DNA of 64,000 nucleotides from Octopus sinensis (taxonomy: Eukaryota): positions 11,548-75,547 of the forward strand of contig NW_021832010.1 in the NCBI RefSeq assembly GCF_006345805.1, given 5' to 3'. Of the stretch, positions 37,621 to 50,475 are shown one piece after another. The notes beneath the pieces were generated by a model. It did not search any database. It was given only the letters and a program-made list of their open reading frames with translations, and was not told the origin of the DNA. The position numbers and the translations under genes are program-made. How positions within the stretch are numbered: the first letter of the stretch is position 1; every line of letters starts with the position of its first letter.

Positions 37621-38849
37621 CTTATACATTTTCCAAGAGTTCTTTGTCTTCAGAAATTAGGTCGAATCATAGCCATAAATCACTTCTTGCTTCTCGGCCT
37701 TTTGGCTAAGATAAAAGTTTAGAAGAATAGATCATTATTTAAATTGCATTTTAACAGATATAAATTCAACCATATAATTGAAAAAGTAAATTACGGTTAA
37801 GCAAATTTTAAATGCTAAATATCAAAAGGGGTATTAATACAGTTAAATGTAGATAAGTCTTTACAGGCTTATTCTTAAGAAAAAACTGAAAAGTATCTAG
37901 TTTGATGCTCGCCGATCCAGTCTTTCCCTGACATTTAGTCGAAGAGAAGCTAAACTTTCTCGAAGATCTACAGTGCCAGAAAAGATGAGGAGGAAAAAAA
38001 ATATACAAAACAAACAGAACATACGATTGTCAGGCTTTCCACTTTTGGTAATGTTTATTGTCCTTTTTTGACTGCATTTTGTATCCTAATATCAGATATC
38101 TGGAGCATCATTAAGATATGCGCTCTAGTATTTACAGTGTTTATAAACTACTAGGTAAAATTTTATTTTAATTAAAATAATGTTTTTTTTCATTAATAAA
38201 ATATCTTAATTTTTAGTTACCCAATTATTAATAGAAAACCTAATAAATTATGGCACGTGTGAGCACGTTGTTGACTTACCTTGTTGCTTTGTTACGTTAT
38301 TTGGTCGATCTTTATTTTTTATTTAATTGAATTAGAAGGAATATTTTGCGATGTAGTTTCTTTTAATGGATAAATTATTTGAAATTTCATCATTTTGTAA
38401 TATTTGCGAGTTTATTCTTTCAACCTGTTTATTCCATTTATTTTGTAATCTTTTTTTTATATATTTTTATTGAATTTCACCTTTTTTAATGAAAATTTCT
38501 ATTCTTTATTACACAATTTAATTTGTTTGTTTCTGGTTTTGTTGTATGCGTAATCCTAGAATTCTGAGACCAGCACATATTCTCTGCTGGCTTGAATGCA
38601 TGGTTCTGTTTACGTTCATTATTTATTTCCAAATCAAATTTGAATTATTTCTCTCTAAAATATTTATACATAAAATTTATTTCATATTCCATATCTTCAA
38701 CTGAAAATTAATATTTTTACACATGAACTCCCATTTTTTATTCATTTTTTGGAAATAGGGGAATTCAAATTTGGGGGTTCAAAATTAAAATCAAAGTCTT
38801 CTTGTTTTTCATTACATTTCTCATCTTCATCGAGATTCTCTGCATCCAT

Positions 38850-39370
38850 TACATCCGGAATTGCAGTATTAAACCTGTTAATTCCTCTGTATTTCATTAA
38901 AGGAGACTAAGGTTATAAAAATAGACACCTTCACTTATGTGATTTGTCCAATTGTTACCCCCTTCACGCTTCATTATTGTCGATAAAGATCTTGTTAAGG
39001 TTTGATTAAACCTTTCCACAATTCTGGGGTTATTTGGCCTGCTGTGGACTTCATTAATCTTGAATCTTTTTCACAATTCATGAATATGTACATTTTTAAA
39101 TTCAGTCCCATTGTCAGACTGCAAAATATGACAAGGACCAAATTGTAAAAAAAATTGAAGACACTTCATATCCACTTTTATTAACAAGATCCCGCATTAT
39201 TTTTTCTTTTCGAAAACATACTTTCGTCAACTTCAACGAAAATAATTCCAAATTGTTTAAAATATAATTCAGTTTTAAAGACCAAATTGGATTCTGAATT
39301 TTTTCAACAAATTCAGAATGCTCTTCCACTTTAAAAAACTCATACATTTCGTCCATTATTCGAAAACCTT
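38850..39370 (-). mobile_element. Degenerate rve integrase fragment (Ginger/KRBA2-like)
   Basis: RFKINEVHSRPNNPRIVERFNQTLTRSLSTIMKREGGNNWTNHISEGVYFYNLS. Confidence 0.7.
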
Positions 39371-39372
39371 CG

Positions 39373-40660
39373 TTAATGCTTTACCCTTTGATAGCCATCG
39401 AATTTCGGTATAAAGTAACAAATTTGTAAAGTTTGACCCCATTTCATCACAAATGGGAGTAAAAATGCGAGATTTTTTGGGTCGACACAATTGTCAGACA
39501 CATTCTTGGAAGCAATAAACTCTCTGACTGAATGGGCTGATGCTTCACAACCTCCTCTGACACCGACACCCAATTGGATTTTTTTAAAGATGCTCGGGTA
39601 GGAATGGGAGCTACGACTGCATAATATTTTGGCTGCAAGGCGTCTAAAAGTGCACCCAACAGAAATCGGTCTAATTCCGCCGTCCTTTTTATTAAGGGCG
39701 GTGAGGCTTCCAGACATGAAGAGAGAACGTGCGAAATCAGAGATATGGCCACTGATGAAAAGGGTTATCAGGTCGCATAATGAATCAATTAGGTTCACAC
39801 CTGCATCAGACGAGTTGAGTGATAAAAGGTCGCGAATGTGACCGGGACGAAGGCCGTCTAACCCCCCACTACTGGAGGGTCGGAATGATTTGAGATTATA
39901 AAGGAGCTCTTCTTTGCTCACTTTTTAATTAATATTAAACTTCAAAGAATAATAACTTGTTAATTTGAAGGGTGCCTTTATGAACGAACTGCAGCGGTCT
40001 TTAATCTGCTGAGCGGCCGATGTCCTATTTACTGACTCCGTTTTATGAGGGGCAGCGCCCAGACAAACAGAAGGAAACGAAAATAGTTTGCACCAAGTTT
40101 ATGGAAGATTGCTTTTAAGGGACTGATCGATTATGTCGGATAGCGTATCAGCAACGCAGATTCGCGCAGATTTGGGAATTCTTGCAGGGATTACGCGGAG
40201 GCTTCGGGATTCGGAAAGAAGCGACAAGAACTTGTCGGGCGGGATGGGCGCCGGGTGAGGAGAAGGCTTAGGGATCCACGTGTGTGGGAGGCATGAGGGG
40301 CACTTCCAAGAAAGGATTGACGCCGAATCACGTTTAGTGAGTTTAACACACGAGAGGTGGAAAAACTGACTGCAAGAGGCGCAGGAGCGACCCGGTTTGC
40401 GAGAATTAACAGATTTACAAGATAAACAAAATGACATGGGGATAGCTACAGAAGAGTCCAATAGAATAGAGGAAAAGAGAATAAAAATGGGGAAATGGGA
40501 TAGACAAGAATGAAAGGATAAAAGGAAAAAAGAAAAAGGAAAAAAAGAAAAGGGAAAGAGAGGGATGGAGAAGAAGGATAAGAGAGAGATAAACAGATGC
40601 AATGACAGAAATTGAAAACACCACAAGAAACCAAAAAAAAAACTTGTTAATTATTTTTTA
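39373..40660 (-). mobile_element. CRE-clade non-LTR retrotransposon 5' portion (PHD finger plus RT start)
   Basis: PHD finger CLSCKSVNSRKPGRSCASCSQFFHLSCVKL..SWKCPSC. RT N-terminus SFRPSSSGGLDGLRPGHIRDLL...LTALNKKDGGIRPISVGCTFRRLAAK...QLGVGVRGGCEASAHSVR. A purine/pyrimidine-skewed 5' tract lies at 40415-40620. Confidence 0.85.
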
Positions 40661-40719
40661 AGTCTGGACATTGGCACAATCGAAATTTCGCTCATCGAAT
40701 TTTTTATCTATTAAATTTA

Positions 40720-42050
40720 AATGTTTAAACTACCTCAACGCGATTGTTTGATAAAATACTGATAATTTCTGCAGATGGATAATATGGAGATTCAAACTTA
40801 TCCAGTCGCAACGAAGGATTTGTTCCAAAGTCTTTTTTAACTCGAACCTAAACATTAATTTTTATGCATACTTTATCACCAACACTAAATTCATACTTAC
40901 TATTGTGAACATTCATTTTTTTGTTCATCGCTTTGTAATAATAAGAATTAGGATCAATGGGGTTGATTTCGAACTGAAATCTTTTCGGACTTGTAACGAA
41001 TAATTACAATCATCTACATATAGAAATTTAAATTACATGAATTTTCAATTGGACTCGGACAATTGTTGCATCATCGACTTGATCAGGACTCAACAAATCA
41101 TTACTTGAATTATCTAAGGAATAATTTTATAATTACGACCATAAAATATTGTATTTATTCCACTTATTCCCCGGTATCTTTCAAAAGGGCTTTATTAGAA
41201 GATGAGTGGACAGAAATTTTATAACTGTACACTGCATTTTCTAATTTTTCCAGCCACTTTTTATTATCATTGTCGATCATTTTTGCCATTTTTCTTGTAA
41301 TTGACTGGTTGAAGCGATCGACAATCCCTTGTGAGCGGGGATTGTTTGGCCTTCCGTGAATTCGTTTGATATTGAATTCCTCACATAGATTGGTCATTTC
41401 ACGATTCTTGAATTCAGTCCCATTATCGGACTGAAGAAATTGACACGGACCATTTAAGAAAAATAATGATCTGAGGTTTTCACAAACTTCATTTAAGGAC
41501 TTAGTGTAGAGCGGCCTCGCAAATGCAAATCTATAAAAATTGTTAAATTTTTTAGTCTTGCCATTGGTACCGTCCATATCTCTCCTTTAGCATATTTTAT
41601 CTATTAAATAAAAATGATTGATTTGCCTCGACTCAATTATTTGATAAAATGTTAATTATTTCAGCGCCCGGATAGAATGGAGACTCGAATTTATCCCACC
41701 GCAACGAAGGGTTTGCTTTGTTATAACAGTACACATTGCTTTTTCGAGGATTTTTTCATCTGTGTCTATCATTTTGGAGAGTTTTCGGGTGATGGTTTGA
41801 TTAATATTGTTTGGTCTTCCATGTATCTAAACTACATTGAACTCTTCGCATAGATCTCTCAGAGACACATTCTTGAATTCTGAACCATTATCTGATTTCA
41901 AAATTTTGCAAGGTCCATATAGGTGGAAAAGTTATCTTAAGTTGTTGCATACTTCTTTTGAAGATTTATGAAAAAGTGGTCTGACAAATGCAAATCTGAA
42001 TAAATCGTTGAGAGACCTACTACCAACCTACTATAAACATCGATGACTGT
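40720..42050 (-). mobile_element. Two tandem degenerate rve integrase fragments (40720-41580 and 41690-42050)
   Basis: RFAFARPLYTKSLNEVCENL..GPCQFLQSDNGTEFKN..LCEEFNIKRIHGRPNNPRSQGIVDRFNQSIT and RFAFVRPLFHKSSKEVCNNL..GPCKILKSDNGSEFKN..LCEEFN; both share a downstream cttcgttgcg..ggataa.tt.ga.tctccat segment. Confidence 0.85.
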
Positions 42051-42054
42051 TAAA

Positions 42055-42225
42055 ATCCAAGACACTCCGCTTCCTTCGCTCGCTCGGTCGACGGATTTCA
42101 AGGACTAGCCACGATACAAGAGAGTATTCTTGGCTCCTGGAACGTCTGTCGATTGCTGTGATCCGAGGGAACGGCTTCGCCATTCGCGAGGCTGGCCGGT
42201 TGTCTCGTGAGGCCTTTAATTAGCT
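42055..42225 (+). mobile_element. CRE-clade 3' terminal fragment
   Basis: DTREYSWLLERLSIAVIRGNGFAIR...* corresponds to the CRE C-terminal motif (L.QR+S+A+.RGN). Confidence 0.7.
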
Positions 42226-42929
42226 TAGCTATCTTTTTACTTTTAGATTGCGAAAAATATTTGGTCGTTTGTTAAAAAAAAGTATGATCGTACTGTTCTT
42301 TTTCTAAGGTGTCACAGAAGCATTTATATCCATTCTATAAATTTTAGGAATGGAGCAATTATCAATTCATTCGAAAGTATTGTGTATCCACTTCCTTCAG
42401 AGATATAGTAGAAATTTTAGCTCAACAAGAGTTATCGAAAATAATTAACAATACAATTGTTTATAGAAATTGGGTAACCATCATAACCTTTAGTTACGAG
42501 ATGAAGGTGCTGGAGTATAGATGTTTCTTACTATGCAACTAACCTGCCAAATGTTATTTAAGTATCCACTTTATTGAATGGAGATTCTTTGCTTATTAAA
42601 AAAGCTAAAGAATGTTTATATAATGAACAACTTAATGAAGATCTAACGACAAAAATATCGCAATATTCACCTTTATTGCATTTCCTTGTATAAAATTACT
42701 TTAAATTTTTATAAGAGTAGTTTATATTAAGTTTTATATAAGATTTCTTAGGTAAATTTTTTAGTCAATTTTAAAATTTTACTGTCAATTAAATTGACTT
42801 TTTAAGGGTAATTTTTATTTTTCAAGTCAATAAAAATGTTGCCCTACTCGTATTATAGCTCACAGAAAGTTTGGATGACTGGATCTACATTTGTATTGAT
42901 TGGATTATTAGTTTTGATCTTCAGTTGAT

Positions 42930-43200
42930 AATTAAAAAGAAGAAAATTTTATTACAAATAGACCACTGTCCTGCAGACTGATTCCCTCAAAACTTAGATC
43001 GGATTAAGATTTTATTTCTTCCTAAAAATTCTACTAGATTAATACAATCAACGGATATTTGAATTATAAAAACATTCAAGACACATTTCATGAAAAGAAA
43101 GCTACAATACTTAACTGATCTGCTCAAGACTGAAAATGTTCCTTTATACAATTCATACAAAAATTGACATTAAAAGATGCAATTTTGTTTGTTAATATAC
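42930..43200 (+). mobile_element. pogo/Tigger DDE_1 fragment
   Basis: DHCPAD..NLDRIKILFLPKNSTRLIQSTD..IIKTFK corresponds to the DNxxxH...FLPxNTTxxxQPxD motif. Confidence 0.7.
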
Positions 43201-43334
43201 ACCCATCGACATTAAAATCCGGACAATTAATAAATCGTCATTTTTATTATCAAATTTAGAAAAAAAACCTTTGAGCATAATATTTTTTTCTATATTCTTA
43301 TATTTAAAAAAATATATTTACAAAAGTTTTATAA

Positions 43335-43955
43335 AACGATATTTAAGGGGACCAAGAGGGGACCCGGCATCTTTCAAACCGATTTCCCTGTTATGTACGA
43401 TGTCAAAAATCCTGGAAAGACTGATTCTTGGCAGAATAGAAGATTTCTTACCCGAAAGACATTTTCAACATGGGTTTAAGAAGGCGAAGTCCACGTCTTC
43501 GTACCTTCAATCCTTGTCAAACTTCATCTGTACCGGTTTTGCCAGCAAACCGAGACACCAAAAGACAGTGCTCTGCTCCGTCGACATCCATAAAGCCTTC
43601 GACTCCGTCTCGAGGAAGCTCCTCTCAAGGAAGATATTCCAATCCGATTTTCCTCTGAAGCTAAAAATATGGATTACCAACTTCCTAAGTGGACGAAGAG
43701 GGAGGGTGTGCCTCGGTGGTCTAAAGTCCAAATCTCGTCTTCTACCCAACGGAGTACCTCAGGGATCCCCCTTATCCCCGGCCCTCTTCAACCTATTTTT
43801 GGAAGACCTCCCTCCCTCGACAACAATGACATTGTTCTCTCATACGCGGACGACAAGGTACTAGCCTCACGGGAACGGGACATCCAGAAAGCCTCTGAAA
43901 GGCTCCAAGCTAACTTGGATCGGCTGAACCTATGGCTGACGGACAACTGTCATCT
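43335..43955 (+). mobile_element. APE-type LINE (I/Jockey group) reverse transcriptase fragment
   Basis: DPASFKPISLLCTMSKILERLI..QHGFKKAKST..VDIHKAFDSVSR..WITNFLSGRRGRV..GVPQGSPLSPALFNLF, then after a frameshift SYADD. Confidence 0.9.
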
Positions 43956-44361
43956 AAAAAACCAAATTTTATTCCAAGAAGAAGAAGGTTTGTCAATTAA
44001 AGAGTATTGAATACGGATACTTGAAAAAATAAATCAAACAAATTGAAACAAAAATACAAAAAATTGAAAAAGCTTATAAAACCAGAACAAAAAATCAGAT
44101 ATTATTAAGAATATGTACACCGATTTTAAAACACAAAATATAGATCTCTTCAAAGTAGTTATCCCAATATGGATTATTGATCATTCATAATAAAACCTTC
44201 CACATTTGAAATCGAAATACAGGGAAGAAGGGAAATTTTATTTAAATTCTCAAGAGCACAAACATCCATATTTTACTAGAATAAATTACAAATATAAAAA
44301 TAAACAATAAAATACTAAAAAATCGAAATAAACAAAAAATACTAGAAACAAATAAATTTAA

Positions 44362-45576
44362 TGTCACCGTCCAGATAGGTCGGGGCGCCAGATCGGTTAT
44401 GTATAAAATTTTTAATAAAAACTACCTTTCGGAAGTTATTTTCTTTTTCTGTTCATTCTTTTGTTGATTTTAATATTATTTTTGCAAAAATATTGAAGTT
44501 ACTGAGTTCATAAAAAACCAACATCCAGTCATTTCCAGATAATTACCGTATTGATTTTGCATTTTATTTAAAAACGCTTTAACCAAGGTTAGCCAAACAA
44601 TTTTCAACAATAAAGTTTATTAGAAAAATCCATTTTTAATTTTTAAAAATGTTGTAATTTCTATTTTTATCATTAAAACTCTAAAATACAATCCGGCCTA
44701 CGGCCGGATGATTCAATGTGAATATTTTTCCCTATGCGGCCTTCGGCCGCGTCGAATTTGTAACAATGGCACAATTATTTCACAATTAAGTAAATATAAC
44801 ACGAGAAAAAACACAGAACGAACCCCATGAATATTTGCAGTTAAAGTTTTTTTACTCTGCTAATATGTATCCTTTGATCTTTTTCATCCTCTTCATTAAT
44901 TATCGTTACGAGTTCTCGATCCCTATTTTTCACAATATATTTTTGTGCAGATATCTCGTCATATAATGGGTATTTTCTATAACCCGGGTTTGCATCCCCA
45001 TCATGGCGTATTAAAATTTCATCGCCACTTTAAACTTCATCATATTTCCATTTTCTCCGCCTTTTCATTTTTTCTTCCGATTTTACAATATTTTCAAGGG
45101 CTTTTTTCCTTTTTTCACGACCTCAGAATTTGTTAGTTTTTTATTTGGTTTCTCCAAATCAGTTCCGAACAAGAGGTCAAAAGGCCTTTGTTTTGTAGTT
45201 TCTTAAGTTCTGTGTCTTCGATACAAAAAAACGCAACTTTGAGCCATTTTTAGAAATGTAGGTGTTGTTCTCCTTGAAACTAAATTTTTTGGCATATCTC
45301 CGTATTCGTGCCCTTTCTTCCGAACTCAAGGAATCATCAAGGTGGCCTGATTCCAAATACTCCCTAATTTTTTCGAGGGTGTCTCGAGTTAATTCAACTA
45401 AAACCATTGATTAATGCTAATCTTTTCAACTTTTTAGAACTTTTTTATTAATAAGATTTTATTTTTTTATTATCAATATTTTTTTGCAATGAAATGTTTT
45501 GTAGGAAAAATATTTGTTTTGTATTTAGATAATTAACCTGACCGATCTGGCGCCCCGGCCGGTCTGGACGGTGACA
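44362..45576 (-). mobile_element. Ginger2/TDD-like DNA transposon, internally deleted, 1215 bp
   Basis: 36-bp TIRs tgtcaccgtccaga(tagg/ccgg)(t/c)cggggcgccagatcggt. Perfect 5-bp TSD TTTAA at 44357-44361 and 45577-45581. ORF 45177-45407 (EKIREYLESG..RARIRRYAKKF) resembles the region upstream of the H2C2 finger in these integrases. Confidence 0.85.
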
Positions 45577-46050
45577 TTTAATTTAAAAAATTCACATGAA
45601 TGAAGATTAATCAATTAATAAAATCAATACAAATTCACTTACAAAATAAATTTTATCCATGATATTTTACCAGTAGTCAATTTAATTAATCTTCAAACAA
45701 ATAAAAAAAAAAATTTTTTTAATAAAAAATCAATAGCGAAAAAGTATAAAATAAAAATTAGCAACGAGAAGCACAGCACAAGAAAAGAAAATAACGTTCT
45801 TTAAACGTGATAATTTATTGTAATTAATTCGATAAATTTAAAACTTTTAAAAAATTAAATAAATAACATTTAATATTGTCAGTTCTTGGGTGCCACCGAC
45901 GTCGCGGAATCGATCTGATCCGACAGAGTTTCGAGTTTAGTGGACAAACTAGATTCCTTTCATCGTAAACAACTCCGACTGTTGCTTGGCATCAATTAAC
46001 TAAAGAAAATAACAAACAAGAATCCATACAAAAAATATTAATAATCTTTC

Positions 46051-46404
46051 ATGGATCGTGATCTTCGAAAGAAAAAAACCAAAATTCTGTTTGTTGTGGA
46101 TCAATGCTCTTTACATAAAATTTATTCGAATTTAATATCAATCGAAGTGGTATACTTTCCAGCAAAAACGACTACAATCCTACAACCAATGGATCAGAGA
46201 ATCATCCTCTCATTTAAAGCAAACTGTAACAAATTTAAATTTGAGGCGATGTTAGACAAAATTCACAATGAAACTGATCCTGTCTATTCACATAAGAAGC
46301 TGAATTTAAAAAAACGGATTTCTGTTTTCGCATTTTGGATGAAACAATGTTACTCAAAAAACAATTGCAAATTGTTTCAACCATGCCAAATGGATTATAT
46401 GTGA
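46051..46404 (+). mobile_element. pogo/Tigger DDE_1 fragment
   Basis: KILFVVDQCSLH...VVYFPAKTTTILQPMDQRIILSFKA. A smaller fragment (KNTMVVLQPMDQKII) lies near 36870-36930. Confidence 0.8.
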
Positions 46405-47229
46405 AAATAAAAAGCTAGAAACAGATTTAAGAATCGAAAAATACGATAAAATGATCACGCCGCTTAAAATTCTGGATCCAATAAAACAAACTGAATTTAT
46501 TGCAAATCAAATTTTGATTTTTTAAACAGAGATCGATAATTCCGATTTAATTAAGTCGGGTTTGTAGTTGTTATCATGCCGAATAACGACATTTTCATAT
46601 GTTGCTATCGTAGTAAAAATATCTTATTATTGGCATTCATGGCTTAAAACAATAAAAATAATTGTAAATCTAATTTTTTATTTTAGATAACGTAAAATAC
46701 AGCATCATTCAGCATTCGGATGTAAATGAATTAGTACCAGAGTACAATTTAAGAATTCTAAAGGCACCCTCGAGAAGATTGTAAACGAGAGCAACATAAT
46801 GAAGACCCACAGAAGCAATAAGGTGTAGAACATTTTTCTCTACTGCTCCACCTACGTCATCAAGGGGAATTCATAAGAGATTGCATTTATGGACTATTTC
46901 TTCAATGTGATTTTCTAAGATTTTTACTTTTTAAAAGGGGACATCGCTTTTATTATATTAGTTTTATATATTGTCAGATCTTAGTCGACTATACATATAT
47001 TTTGGAATAATCAAACTCCAAAACTGTCACATTGGTGGCCAGACCATAGGGTCCCACACAGTAGAGGTCAAACGTAATTCACAGACCAATCCGAAACAAA
47101 TGATTACATTGGAAAAAACACACTTCTACGCCTAGCAAGATATACAAGACAACTCTGAGATATCCCTACAGGTGGACTACACATGGAAAGAGAAGTCTGT
47201 TCATACAAATTGGAATAAAACACAATAAA

Positions 47230-48065
47230 AACTATTTCCTATTCAGTTGACATACCCTCTTAGACAAATTGAGTGCTCTCTCAGAATTCAGCCTGTACAA
47301 AGAATACAGTTTTCAAGTGAAAAAAGAGGCAGTAAGTTCTGAGTATAATTGGGATCACATGACGAAATCGGGGGGATATATGTTCACAACAGAGTAACAG
47401 ATCTTGTTAATGTTAATTTGAATAGATGAAATTTCGGTAAATTGATCATTAGTTAAGAGAGATTCAATGCTGGCAGATGAATCAGCAAAAGGAATGGTCT
47501 CGTGAATGAAAGTAATAAGGCCACCGCCAGGTTTTCCAAAGCAATGGTCGTGGAAAATGGTGGAATATCCTTAAAACAGGGGAGTTTTGGATTTTGGGGT
47601 AAGTTTGGTCTCTTGAATAAGAGCTATATCGATAGAGTTCGTGTGAAGAAAGTAGAGTAGGTCATTGCATTTCTTAGAGATCCCGTTAATGTTCAGTTGA
47701 ATGATGGTTAGTGTTCTAATAGGGATACCGTTTATTTAGACTTCTGTTTGAGGAAAGTGAATCCGATTTTTTGTGCTCCTTGTGTGCTGTTTTGGCGTAG
47801 AATTTGATGAGGTTGTTAACGTCTTTTTGACCATATTCTTCAGCAAATTCGGTAGCGTAGCCCTTGGCCACGATCTTCCCATTGATCCGGTTGATGTTTA
47901 GCTGGAGAGCCGTGAAGTGCTTTCTACTTCTGCGGATGTCCTCTGGGAGGAATTGGTCTTAGGTAGAGTGCGTCGTCCTGGAACTAGAATGTCGCCTGGG
48001 GACGAGTTTTGCTGATTCTTTTCCGGTGACCATTGAGTGCCCCCTTAGCGTTTTAAGTACGTTTG
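47230..48065 (-). mobile_element. LINE 5' region with apurinic-like endonuclease; homologous 5' piece at 59620-59860 (+)
   Basis: LTIIQLNINGISKK..IDIALIQETKL..GGGLITFIH..VVNIYPP. The upstream segment aaaacgc..agggggcac..aatg.tcaccg.aaa is shared with 59720-59850. Confidence 0.85.
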
Positions 48066-49005
48066 AATTACGAGATTCAATCGAGTTGGTGAACAGCATA
48101 ACGAAATGTTGATATAGAGTAAAAAGATAGTGAGGAAGATGTGTTTTAAATGCCTTGAAAAATACTTAAAAATAAATAGTTAATGTTTTTCTGAAAAATA
48201 TTTATTATCTTATTTTTGACAAGGATAGGCATTGCTGACATCTGTCATGGTTTCAGTCTCGGCTCGATTTCATTTTTGGCTCGCGACATAATGGATTAAA
48301 AGTTGTGCCGACCTGATGCCAGTAGAAAAAACAAAAACTGTATAAAAACATAACTAAAAAATTAAAAATTTGACGGAGAAACTAAACCGATAAATATATA
48401 ATAAATCACTTTAACTAGTAACTGTGATCAAGATTCATTGAAAAAGTACCAAATCTTTCTATTTTTGGTGGATTTTGCAATAATTTACTCTTCATCGGCA
48501 ACCAGATCTGGATTCAGGTCACGTGATTTCAAGAATGATATATTTTCTATGTTTTATAGAGTCAGTTACTGCCCGCAAAGAATAGCAATTATCTTCAGTC
48601 TGTGTAATGCCGCGTTTGCCAAGGTTTTCCTTTGTATGATATCTCCACTGTCTTCTAATAGGGGCAGTTTTCTTAGTGTTCCTCCAATTCTCTTCAAGTG
48701 AGTTGTTCACTCGTTTTATTTCTGTCCATTCTGTTTCTACAGCTCCAGAGAAAAGGAAGAAGAGGGAAGGAGGTGCAATCTTATGTTCACTTCAAAGGCT
48801 CTGGACATAGTTAGGCAATTAAATTTTTTTAAGATTTTTTTTATTAATAAAGGGCTAACAATCACTTAACGATTTTATAAAAACAATTTTGTAATACATT
48901 CCTTAAATAATTAACACAGTATAAATATATTAAACACAAAGAAAAAGGCAAAACTATATAAGCCCAAAAATAGGTAAAAGAACCAAAGAAAGTAAGAAAA
49001 CAGTC

Positions 49006-50162
49006 TCAAAAGGCTCCCTAAAGTAATAACACAACCACATACTCCAGAACCCCCAAACTTGGTGGCAAACTTGGCCATCATTGCCTGCACTTTGGGGTTA
49101 TTCTGATATTTCGAAAAACACGAAGGGTCCTTCTGCATTTCCAACAACGCAGTCAACACTTCCGGGTCCTTCATTGCCTCCATCATTTCTGGATCCTTAA
49201 AAATATCCCCCAAATTGCCCATCCCCGGCATTCCTCCACACTCAGATGGCTGTTTAAAAGTCCCATTTCCCTTCTCATATTCCTTCCTTGCCTTGGCTGC
49301 CCTGCGACGACGGGCATTCAATTCACGTTTTTCCTGTCTTAGAACTTGTCTCCGATTATGTTGTTGTATTCTGTGGACAGAACTGGAGATATCCTTCACC
49401 CATTGGTCAGTTTCCTCATCAAAATCGAGTTTTAATGCCAGTGATAGGTCAATAAAGGCATCCTCCAATCGGCCTATACACATCCTGGCTCTCCCACGGT
49501 ATTTATAGGCCAGCCGACAGTCAGGATTGATAGTCAGGGCAGTCTCACAGTCCTGGATTGCCCCCAATGGACGAGACAGGTTTATTAAACATCTACCCAC
49601 AGTCGAATTGATTTAATACAAGGCTCGTTTAGCGTATACACCTGCCTGTGATGGATTCCACTGGAGAGCCTCCGTGTAGAGTTCAATCGCGGAGGTCAAA
49701 TCTCCGTTTTTATAGGCAGAGTTGGCAGCCGTGGACTTGGAGGTGGACTCAACCCACATTTCATCACTGATCTACGGTTGGCTTCGTATATCAACCTCCT
49801 GTTCTTCATCGTAAGGGATAGACGGCAGGGGAGGCTCTGTTTCACATTCCATTAAGTTTATAAAGTCAATTTCTGATTTTTAGTTTTGGCGGGAAAACCG
49901 AGTTCACTTTCTTGGCTTTCTTCTTCCTCTTCTGAGCTTATTATTGGATCGACGGGGGTCTCTTCTGGTTGTGGGGGTGTTGGGGTTGGGGGTGGAGGGA
50001 TTTTGGCGCCAAATCTGTGTGGTTTTGAATGTTAAAAATTTCCCACCCTTCTAGAAATTCTTTAAAAAAGGCTAATTCAGGACTGTGGAGAACATCCGGG
50101 CGGGATTTACAATATTTTACGAATATTTCCAAATTTTTCAGCTGTTCTTGTGATAAGTTCAT
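49006..50162 (-). CDS. ST13: Hsc70-interacting protein (Hip/ST13), complete, 5 introns of 24-32 nt
   Basis: HipN domain (LKNLEIFVKYCKSRPDVLHSPELAFFKEFLE), acidic linker, three TPRs (AIELYTEALQWNP..YAKRAL|CLINLSRPLGAIQDCETALTINPDCRLAYKYRGRA..LKLDFDE), charged region, GGMPG, STI1/DP domain (DPEMMEAMKDPEV..YQNNPKVQAMM), ending GSG|GAF* with TGA at 49006-49008. Confidence 0.95.
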
Positions 50163-50475
50163 CTATAAAGGTGTGACTAATATAAACCATGCCTTAATGT
50201 CAACAAAGATAATTCTGGATTCTTTTATTTAATTTTTGTTTATCCTTATTATAAATTAAATATTTAAAAATTAATAATTAAATGTTATTTTGTATATTAA
50301 TTTTAAAAATAAATATTTAGTTTTACAGATACCTTTTAATAATATATTGAATCATTATTTATAAACATTATATAAATTTCCCATAAAATATATTTTTTAA
50401 ATATTTATTAAATAGTATCATATATTCTAGTTGCTAAGTATTTTCACTAAATAGAAAGAACTTTCCTTGTCCAAA

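Noticed and set aside
40415-40634. Phe/Leu/Ser-rich membrane-protein ORFs
   Set aside because: They are translations of a low-complexity pyrimidine tract in the CRE element 5' region.
44362-45576. Same splice-out design in the second Ginger element
   Set aside because: Its TIR has GT at base 2 but no AG within the terminal 36 bp in either orientation, and it is not in a recognisable exon.
48911-49030. Hydrophobic C-terminal membrane anchor on ST13, as suggested by the ORF track
   Set aside because: It is read-through of a 25-nt terminal intron into T-rich 3' sequence; the spliced gene ends GAF* at 49006.
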